64,000 nucleotides of DNA from Coriobacteriia bacterium (lineage in GTDB: Bacteria > Actinomycetota > Coriobacteriia > Anaerosomatales > Anaerosomataceae): NCBI GenBank assembly GCA_030655755.1, contig JAUSOQ010000038.1:5451-69450 (forward strand). The letters are read 5' to 3'. Shown here piece by piece: positions 57,490 through 64,000 of the stretch; position 1 is the stretch's first letter; each line of letters starts with the position of its first letter. The notes under the pieces are model-generated. The model searched no databases, was not told where the DNA came from, and worked only from the letters and a program-made list of their open reading frames with translations. The translations under genes were made by a program, and so were the position numbers.

Positions 57490-58467
57490 TCATCTCACTC
57501 CGGGCAGACCGCGCTCGACCATGAAGCGCACGGCTTCGTTCATGTTGACCGGCCGAAGCGCGGTGACGGGGTGGCTTGCAGCCCACACGCGGAACATCTC
57601 GTCGACGAAGCCCTGACCAACGGACTCCACACCGTCGAAGTCGACATCGACCTCCGCGAACTGATCCAGTCCCTCGAGCAGGAGCTTGGCTTCACTCCTG
57701 GAGACGAGTCGAGTGCCGTAGGTCAACAACTTCACTACAGGACGACTCCTGTCGAAGTCTAGACCATGCGTGAACTCACCGAACACCTGTGCCATCGTGC
57801 GAGTGCTGCAATCGGCAATGGAGCACCTGACCTTGGTCCCAGCCCTGTCACGGTCTCGCTCGACGCTCTGGTCGGCGATGACGTTGTCGACGACCCAGCA
57901 CCAGCCATTCGCAGCGAGTTCGAACCGGTCAACGGCCTTGGACGTGAAAAAGATCCCCTGGCCGCTGTGTCTCGCCGGATCGGTGGTGCGCTTGCCCTTC
58001 GAGAGTTCCTGGATCGCCGAGAGCGTATCCGGAAGACCAAGTTCTAAGCGAAGTCGAGCGAATGCTCCCACACCATCGTCGGACACCTCGAACGCGAGCT
58101 GTCCATCCGCTACCCAGAAGTGCACTCCCGCCGACGTTCCCCCTGAGTGATCGATCGCATTGTTGAGCATCTCCACGAATGCATACTCGACGATGTGGAC
58201 GACGGGTGCGGAGACCTCGAGTCCAAGACGAGAAGCCACGTCCCTCCAGACCTCATGTTCGGCCAGCCCTGCGAGTGGCACGGTGAGAGTGAGCGATGGT
58301 GACCCCAGCGAGTCCAGAGACGCCTCGACGGCATCGAGATCGAAGAGCCGATGTCCTCCATCGGTCCGCTCGGACGGTATGACGCCGGCGTTCGCCAGCT
58401 CCCGGACTTTGGAGACAGAGAATCCGAGCGCCTGGGCGACCCGGCCTATTCGCACGTGCGTGACCAT
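57490..58467 (-). CDS. Fusion protein: excisionase/MerR-type HTH + GHKL ATPase + STAS-like DUF4325 domain
   Basis: IGRVAQALGFSVSKVRELANAGVIPSERTDGGHRLF (HTH). EMLNNAIDHSG, SDDGVG and SGQGIFF (N, G1, G2 boxes). C-terminal SRSEAKLLLEGLDQFAEVDVDFDGVESVGQGFVDEMF (DUF4325 pattern). Confidence 0.8.
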   Translation of the reverse strand: MVTHVRIGRVAQALGFSVSKVRELANAGVIPSERTDGGHRLFDLDAVEASLDSLGSPSLTLTVPLAGLAEHEVWRDVASRLGLEVSAPVVHIVEYAFVEMLNNAIDHSGGTSAGVHFWVADGQLAFEVSDDGVGAFARLRLELGLPDTLSAIQELSKGKRTTDPARHSGQGIFFTSKAVDRFELAANGWCWVVDNVIADQSVERDRDRAGTKVRCSIADCSTRTMAQVFGEFTHGLDFDRSRPVVKLLTYGTRLVSRSEAKLLLEGLDQFAEVDVDFDGVESVGQGFVDEMFRVWAASHPVTALRPVNMNEAVRFMVERGLPGVR

Positions 58468-58536
58468 GTTCCAGCGATCCCTATCAGCGAGTTATAAATC
58501 TTAGTACATGTAGATTATAGCTTAGTATCATCTCAT

Positions 58537-58558
58537 AAATCTATATCTTTATAGATTT
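58537..58558. repeat. 9-bp inverted repeat AAATCTATA-TCTT-TATAGATTT inside an AT-rich islet
   Basis: Read directly. It sits in a roughly 75-nt stretch (about 58488-58560) that is conspicuously AT-rich compared with the rest of the window. Confidence 0.6.
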
Positions 58559-58599
58559 TATCGCCCTAGAACCGGGCAAACCTACATTCTCCTCCTCAT

Positions 58600-59060
58600 C
58601 ACTCCACTCCGCCGTCGGGCGCGACTATGAATACGTCCGGCATGGCACGGTCTCGATCCTGGCCGGTATCGACCTGCACTCGGGCCACATCTTCGCCAAC
58701 GTGGAGGACCGTCATCGCAGCGTGGAGTTCATCGGACTGCTCAAGCGGCTCGACGAGTACTACCCGCCAGACGCGACCATCCGCGTGGTGCTGGACAACC
58801 ACTCGGCCCACATCTCCAAGGAGACGATGGCCTATCTCGGTACTCGGCCGGGGAGATTCGAATACGTTCACACCCCCAAGCACGGCTCCTGGCTCAACCT
58901 CATCGAGTGCGTGTTCTCCAAGATGGCCAGGACGTTTCTGCGCCACATCCGTGTTGACTCGATCGAAGAGCTGAAAGCACGCATCCTGCAAGGCATCGAC
59001 GAGTTCAACGACTCACCCGTCGTGTTCCGCTGGAACAAGTTCGATCTGGGGTTGGTCTGA
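58600..59060 (+). mobile_element. IS630-family (DDE_3) transposase gene remnant lacking the N-terminal roughly one third to one half
   Basis: In-frame translation RDYEYVRHGTVSILAGIDLHSGHIF...FIGLLKRLDEYYPPDATIRVVLDNHSAHISKET...HTPKHGSWLNLIECVFSKM...FRW carries the IS630-type DDE region. No HTH part, no credible start, and no terminal inverted repeats were identified. Confidence 0.75.
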
Positions 59061-59273
59061 TGTGTAACCGTTGTTCAGGAACGGACTACTAGTCTCATAG
59101 AGACCTCCTCTCGGCCGACGCACTCCTGGCGGCGGCCAACGATCAAGTGGTTAATCGAAGTGCTGGCGTACCTGTAGGTCATTCCCCATTGCGTAACAAT
59201 CGTTACAACTGTGCGTGGAATCAACGACGGGGCCGGAGATCCCTCGCTCATGTCGAGGTCTCGCCACGCACGG

Positions 59274-59304
59274 CAAAGCAGAAGGGCCGCCCAAAGGCGG
59301 CCCT
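59274..59304 (-). terminator. Intrinsic terminator downstream of tRNA-Asp
   Basis: Minus strand AGGGCCGCC-TTTG-GGCGGCCCT followed by TCTGCTTTG. Confidence 0.7.
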
Positions 59305-59316
59305 ACGTGAGTTCTA

Positions 59317-59393
59317 TGGCGGGAGTGACGGGGCTCGAACCCGCGACCTCCGGCTTGACAGGCCGGCGCTCTAACCAGCTGAGCTACACCCCC
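59317..59393 (-). tRNA. tRNA-Asp (anticodon GUC), CCA encoded
   Basis: GGGGGUGUAGCUCAGCUGGUUAGAGCGCCGGCCUGUCAAGCCGGAGGUCGCGGGUUCGAGCCCCGUCACUCCCGCCA. Coordinates checked against the ORF 59151..59513 frame. Confidence 0.95.
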
Positions 59394-59570
59394 GAGGGTG
59401 CGTCCGCTTTCGCAGACAGCACGCGGAATGTTACCAGCGACCCGCGCCTGTGTCCACAACAACCTGGATGCTGTGTCACTCATCTCACCAACGAGGTCAC
59501 GAGTCCCGCCCAAAGCCCCAGATCGAGCCGTCCGCCCTGAGCGGGCGAAAGCACGTGCCCGCCGTGCCTC

Positions 59571-60098
59571 CTACTCGCACTCCCAGCGAGAACGCCAGGA
59601 CATCGCTAGCGCGATGCCGAGAGCCAACAGGCTGCCGAGAGCCGCACCGAAGATCGCGGCGCCCTTGGGGTCGAGGACGACGTGCACGCCTTCCGCGATC
59701 TCAGCATGCGGTGAAGCGACGATACCGACCCAGCCTTCTTTGATGCTCACACTGCGCGCAACGATCGCCGCCGCACCACCGGTCTGAACGCTGATGTCGC
59801 CCGCAGCGAGCATCCACTGGGAACCGCCATTCGAGATATGGGCGTCGCCCTCCACGAAGATCGCCCCGGCACCCGCCTGCTCGAGCTCGACGTCACCGGT
59901 GGTGAAGATGCCACCGATGCCTGCGCGCTCCACACGTACACCGCCACTCGCACTCACTCCGCCGACAGCGGAGAGCGAGACCGTGACGTCACGGCCGCTG
60001 ATCGAACCGATCGCGCTCGTCTCGATGCTCGTATCGCCCGCCTCAAGCCCTTCGAGTGTGACGTTGGCGACATGTTCATGCTGTTCTTGCTCGGTCAT
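59571..60098 (-). CDS. Repeat-rich (beta-helix-like, bactofilin-like) protein with a C-terminal TM anchor
   Basis: 175 aa. Roughly 18-20-residue Gly/Val/Ile/Ser repeats (SAIGSISGRDVTV, SAVGGVSASGGVRVE, AGIGGIFTTGDVELE, AGAGAIFVEGDAHIS ...), then AAIFGAALGSLLALGIALAM. Confidence 0.6.
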   Translation of the reverse strand: MTEQEQHEHVANVTLEGLEAGDTSIETSAIGSISGRDVTVSLSAVGGVSASGGVRVERAGIGGIFTTGDVELEQAGAGAIFVEGDAHISNGGSQWMLAAGDISVQTGGAAAIVARSVSIKEGWVGIVASPHAEIAEGVHVVLDPKGAAIFGAALGSLLALGIALAMSWRSRWECE

Positions 60099-60149
60099 GA
60101 GATACCCCTTCCCTCGGCTACCTTGAGGTACTTACCCCGGGGTCAACCG

Positions 60150-61028
60150 TCACTGCCATTCGAGCAGGATGTGATAGTCCCGCTCGTAGTCTTCAACCGA
60201 GTACGGCTCGGGCGCCGCATGCCACGGCATCGTCCAACTATCCACGGTGAGGTTCGTGAAGTTGCCACGCACGAAGCGCTCACTCACACCGAAGTCGAGC
60301 AGCGGATCGTTCACCGACATGCCGAACAGACACGGCACGTCGTAGGGCCCGGCGAGTTCGCTGCCAGGAATGGTGAGGATCTCGTCGACCTGTGCGATGA
60401 GCGCATCCAACGACTGCAGGGTGAAGCTTTCAAGTCTGCGGCTCAGGTCCGCCGAGGTCTCGAACTTACCGACGGTCTTCATGAACCACGCGAGCGCTGC
60501 GGTCCCCCTGCGCGAGCGCAATGCGCTCGCCAAGCCCTGTCGGGCGGCCCGAGAGCGCACGGTGAACAGCGCCGCCTGCAGGGCGAGCAGCTTCACCCGA
60601 GAGTGTCTCAGACACTCGTTACCCACGAACGGCGCCAGAAGACACACGCGGTCGATTCGGTCGGCGTGCAACTGAAGCGCGCGCATGGTGAGAGCGCCAC
60701 CGAACGAGAAGCCGAGGAGCGAGAAGCGTTCGGCGCCGATCGCGTCGGCGAGTTGTCCGACCGTCTCGGCCACCAGAGTACTCGAGAACGGCTGCTTAAA
60801 CGGCTCGCTGCCACCGTGGCCGGGTAGTTCGAAGAAGTGAACGCGATAGCGCTGACCGACGAACCGGATGAGCGGCTCCCAGTCGTCGATCAGAGAGATC
60901 GTCGCCGGCACGATGATGACGGGCGGACCGTCGCCGAACACACCCACGTTCAGGCGAGTCAGGGGCAGGTCGAACAGCTGGTGAACGATCTCGTCGTCAG
61001 CAACGCGATCGGCGATGCCGGTCGTCAT
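60150..61028 (-). CDS. Alpha/beta-fold hydrolase
   Basis: ATG 61028 after AAAGGAGA. HGGSEP oxyanion-region-like segment and nucleophile elbow LLGFSFGG. Confidence 0.75.
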   Translation of the reverse strand: MTTGIADRVADDEIVHQLFDLPLTRLNVGVFGDGPPVIIVPATISLIDDWEPLIRFVGQRYRVHFFELPGHGGSEPFKQPFSSTLVAETVGQLADAIGAERFSLLGFSFGGALTMRALQLHADRIDRVCLLAPFVGNECLRHSRVKLLALQAALFTVRSRAARQGLASALRSRRGTAALAWFMKTVGKFETSADLSRRLESFTLQSLDALIAQVDEILTIPGSELAGPYDVPCLFGMSVNDPLLDFGVSERFVRGNFTNLTVDSWTMPWHAAPEPYSVEDYERDYHILLEWQ

Positions 61029-61102
61029 CGCGTCTCCTTTGTGGGGTATCAAGTGCGTCGCCGATTATGCCGCCCAACGCGCACAAGTGCAAACCACCCA
61101 GC

Positions 61103-61417
61103 TCAGCGGTTCGACAGGTACTCGACAACGGCGCTCTTCTCGTCCTCGGTCAACTGCGCGCCCTTATCGGCCATGCGCTCTACGGTAGCCTCCCAACCGA
61201 CTGCGTCGTAGCTCGTCTCATCGACCCGCTGAAGATCGTGACAGACGATGCACCGCTCGGCGACCAACGCCTCGCCGTCGAGTATCTGCCGGCCGATCTC
61301 GCCCTCGTTGGGAAGTGGTTCGATAGTGGTCGTCGTATCGCTGCCACACCCTGAAAGAGCCGCCACCGCCAGCATCAGGGCGAGCAGCGGAAGCAGCATG
61401 CGATTACGGGAACGCAT
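61103..61417 (-). CDS. Small monoheme c-type cytochrome-like lipoprotein
   Basis: Lipobox AALSGC, a single CIVCH heme-binding motif (CxxCH) and a downstream Met candidate ligand (VERMADKG). Confidence 0.65.
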   Translation of the reverse strand: MRSRNRMLLPLLALMLAVAALSGCGSDTTTTIEPLPNEGEIGRQILDGEALVAERCIVCHDLQRVDETSYDAVGWEATVERMADKGAQLTEDEKSAVVEYLSNR

Positions 61418-61527
61418 AGTGCACCTCCGGGTTCGTATCAAGTCCTAGCGGGTCTATACCCTGCCTCGGGTATGATTGCCTCAGCCACGACATCATCACT
61501 GGCGACCGATCAGGAAGGGGCAACTTC

Positions 61528-62274
61528 GTGAAACTGCTCAAGAGCTGGCGGTTCAGGCTCGGCGCCATCCTTGTCGCCAGCTCGGCCGTCCTCTACCTCG
61601 TCCACTATCTGATCTTCCACGACTTCCATCACATCGCGATCTACACGGTACACGACATCGCGTTCCTGCCGCTCGAGGTGTTGCTCGTCACGATGGTGCT
61701 CCACGAACTGCTGGAGAGCCGCTCCAAGCGCGAGATGCTCTACAAGCTCAACATGGTGATAGGCGCATTCTTCTCGGAGGTCGGGACCGGGCTTCTCGGC
61801 AGATTGGCGACGTTTAGTGAGAACGTCGAAGGCGTCAGAGACGACCTCATTGTGAAACCGAGCTGGACGCACAAGGAGTTCACCAGCGCCGTAGGCGAGC
61901 TTCGCTCGTATGACTTCAGGATCGATGCCGGCCGAGGTGACCTCGCGGGACTGCGCGACTTCCTGGTGTCCCGGCGAGACTTCTTGCTCCGCTTGCTGGA
62001 GAACCCGAACCTGCTCGAACACGAAACGTTCACCGATTCGCTGTGGGCGGTCTTCCATCTTGCCGAGGAACTCGAACACCGCACCGATCTCAGCGAACTC
62101 CCGCCATCTGACCTGGCCCACCTCTCCGGCGACATAAAGCGCGCGATGGCGGCTCTCGCCGTCGAGTGGGTGGAACACCTGGAGCACCTCAAGGACTCCT
62201 ACCCGTACCTGTTCTCGCTTGCTGTCCGTACGAATCCGCTTGATCCACAGGCGCGTGTGGAGGTCACGACGTGA
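61528..62274 (+). CDS. Membrane-anchored (2 TM) helical protein of unknown function
   Basis: GTG start. LGAILVASSAVLYLVHYLIF and IAFLPLEVLLVTMVLHELL helices followed by a soluble helical domain. Strong G/C third-position bias on this strand; the antisense 225-aa ORF was rejected. Confidence 0.65.
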   Translation: MKLLKSWRFRLGAILVASSAVLYLVHYLIFHDFHHIAIYTVHDIAFLPLEVLLVTMVLHELLESRSKREMLYKLNMVIGAFFSEVGTGLLGRLATFSENVEGVRDDLIVKPSWTHKEFTSAVGELRSYDFRIDAGRGDLAGLRDFLVSRRDFLLRLLENPNLLEHETFTDSLWAVFHLAEELEHRTDLSELPPSDLAHLSGDIKRAMAALAVEWVEHLEHLKDSYPYLFSLAVRTNPLDPQARVEVTT

Positions 62275-63044
62275 GACTGGGAGCTGACGAGCGCTCCGAA
62301 GAGCGCTTCGACGAACTGCTTGCGGCAGGACAGTCCGCCGTCGATGTCATGTTCGGCTGGCTCGATGCCGGCCTCGAGTTCGATCGTACGGTCCCCGCGT
62401 TCGTCGGCTCGCTGTTCGCGATCCGCAGCACGCGCAACCTCAAAGCGGTCCAGCTGCTGTGCGCGGCCGGCTACGCGGTGGAGGCCCAGACGCTGCTGCG
62501 CAACATGGTCGAGGACGCAGTCACTCTCGGGTACATCTCCACCAAACCCGACAAGCTCGCCAAAGACTGGCTGAGCTTTGAGAACCCACGCCTGGCGAGC
62601 GAAACCGACCTGCTCGCGATATTGCAAGAAGACGTCCCCGATACGGTTCCTGCGCCGGTGCCCGAGCGAGCGAAGTTCTCGAGGTGGACGCGCCTGTCAC
62701 TGTTCGCGATGGCCGAACGCGCCGACCGCGCAACACCCGGCATCGCCGAGTATCTCGAGTACGTCTACCCGGTACTCTCCGACCGCGCGCACGGCAACAT
62801 CTCAAGCAGCACAAGCTATGCGAAAGCACACCCGGATGGGACGCTCGAGGCGCTCTACAAGCCCTCGGCACGTCAGGTCGACATCACACTCTGCAACGCC
62901 GTGACCGTGGCGCTCACCACCGCCGAGCGCGCGAAGGCCCTGGGCGTCGACCTCGATCTCACGGCACTGGAGCAGACAGAGCGGGACGTCTACGCCGCCT
63001 GTGGTATGTCAGAAGGGCCACCGCCTATCGGCGACGAAGGGTGA
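62271..63044 (+). CDS. Helical protein of unknown function (DUF5677/AbiV-like pattern, tentative)
   Basis: GTGA overlap with the upstream gene. NLKAVQLLCAAGYAVEAQTLLRNMVEDAVTLGYI resembles the helical hairpin signature I associate with DUF5677/AbiV-type proteins. Confidence 0.6.
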   Translation: MRLGADERSEERFDELLAAGQSAVDVMFGWLDAGLEFDRTVPAFVGSLFAIRSTRNLKAVQLLCAAGYAVEAQTLLRNMVEDAVTLGYISTKPDKLAKDWLSFENPRLASETDLLAILQEDVPDTVPAPVPERAKFSRWTRLSLFAMAERADRATPGIAEYLEYVYPVLSDRAHGNISSSTSYAKAHPDGTLEALYKPSARQVDITLCNAVTVALTTAERAKALGVDLDLTALEQTERDVYAACGMSEGPPPIGDEG

Positions 63045-63739
63045 CGCGAAGTCCTCTGCGCGCTACTATGGTGCTGATGGGAACCTCTCGGACACACATC
63101 GTCCGTCGAGACCGGCGAGGCGCTCGCAGCGCCGGTGCACTCCCCTCACTCACCCTTTCTCCCGGTATCTTTACGCCCGTGGCACCTGTCGCGGGCGTTT
63201 TGGCACACCCGAAGTGCAGCCAATCGCTCGCAGAACGGGAGGTCGATCGCAGCATGCATCGCACCGGCTCGACGAGACCGCGTAAGCGCCCCGGCCACTA
63301 CGCCTTCGCTTCGGCCCTGCAACACAGCATCGAGATCTCGCGATTCACACGCATCTGCCTGAAGGAGCGGCATATGCATCGCTCGTACGGACATGCGCAG
63401 TACTTCTGAGCTCACACTCGTGTGGATGGAGAAGCGCTAGGGGTACGCCCGTGAGCGCACCCCTAAGCATCACATCCTTGCAAGGCGGGTCAGCCTCCCT
63501 GCCGAAGGTCCCGTCTCTGGAAGAGCACGACCGACGCCGCGATCAACACGACCGATATCACGGCCAGTACTGCGACGTGAAACCCGGGGCGTTCCAGTAC
63601 AGCGGAGAACACCTCCGCCGCCCAACATGTTTGAGATGAGCGGCAACGCGCAGCGTTGGCCGCTCGATCTCATGGTTAGCAGTCAGCTCATCCGAGAAAC
63701 ACAGCGTGCGCCTATCCAGACCAATCACGATCTGGGCCG

Positions 63740-64000
63740 TTACCCCTGCTTGGTGTCGCGGAACAGCACGACTTTCCTCTCTGCTCCTTTGGCTCTATAC
63801 ATTGCCGTATCAGCATTCTTCAAGAGGATGTCAGCCGTTTCTCCATCTGCGGGATACACGGCAATACCGATACTGCATCCTATAGAAAGAACTGTCCCAC
63901 TGGATTCGAAGGCCTCGGCAATCCGACCGATCATCTTCTCTGCAAGGCGGGTGACTTCAGCTTCTTGTCTGACCTCCAACAACAGGCACACATACTCGTC
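63740..64000 (-). CDS. GGDEF-domain (diguanylate cyclase) protein, C-terminal end only; 5' part lies outside the window
   Basis: SIGCSIGIAVYPADGETADILLKNADTAMYRAKGAERKVV is the typical end of a GGDEF domain. Visibly lower G+C than neighbouring genes. Confidence 0.8.
   Translation of the reverse strand, partial: DEYVCLLLEVRQEAEVTRLAEKMIGRIAEAFESSGTVLSIGCSIGIAVYPADGETADILLKNADTAMYRAKGAERKVVLFRDTKQG

Noticed and set aside
63480-63610. Minus-strand TM-like mini-frame (...AEVFSAVLERPGFHVAVLAVISVVLIAASVVLFQRRDLRQGG)
   Set aside because: It has no ATG and only an internal GTG without a Shine-Dalgarno. It cannot be supported from sequence alone.

Overview
GC-rich bacterial chromosomal window: codon third positions are overwhelmingly G/C, and most real genes carry long Arg/His-rich antisense shadow ORFs. 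I call about 70 protein genes, 3 tRNAs (Gln, Phe, Asp), no rRNA and no CRISPR.

Gene content, left to right:
- 3' end of phosphoketolase and a glycosyltransferase-like gene.
- A structured non-coding region ending in a perfect palindromic terminator.
- A coiled-coil NlpC/P60 hydrolase and a TldD/PmbA pair.
- A complete V/A-type ATPase operon (G/H-like, I, K, E, C, F, A, B, an extra 64-aa membrane ORF, D).
- CapA-like and LytM-like genes, then DUF951 plus ACT(UPF0237)/UPF0210.
- A cell-surface locus: three secreted beta-rich proteins and a DUF916/DUF3324-like anchored protein. The anchored protein abuts an orphan LytTR response regulator gene by 1 nt, and the locus is decorated with repeated ACCGTTCGTC boxes.
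- NfnAB-like oxidoreductase, an ApbE lipoprotein and an M23 peptidase.
- A Bacillus-like housekeeping block (pth, ctc, prs, glmU, tRNA-Gln, spoVG, ispE, veg, ksgA, yabE-like, tatD, metG, abrB, rsmI).
- A tight ROK kinase / DUF362 / two paralogous membrane proteins cluster.
- HEAT-repeat plus HD-GYP proteins, then an OmpR/HK two-component system with two exported proteins.
- tRNA-Phe and a B12-radical SAM enzyme.
- A clearly decayed porAB (2-oxoacid:ferredoxin oxidoreductase) locus.
- An HTH-GHKL ATPase-STAS(DUF4325) fusion next to an AT-rich islet, a 5'-truncated IS630-type transposase and tRNA-Asp.
- A set of unknown-function genes and the 3' end of a lower-GC GGDEF gene.

The best candidate for an undescribed system is the LytTR-associated surface-protein locus at about 20.5-24.4 kb. 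Secondary candidates are the HTH-GHKL-STAS fusion, the 61.5-63.0 kb two-gene operon and the extra small ORF in the ATPase operon.

Taxonomic guess, low confidence: an anaerobic high-GC Gram-positive, Coriobacteriia-like or related. All functional calls come from my own reading of the translations; no database search was run.
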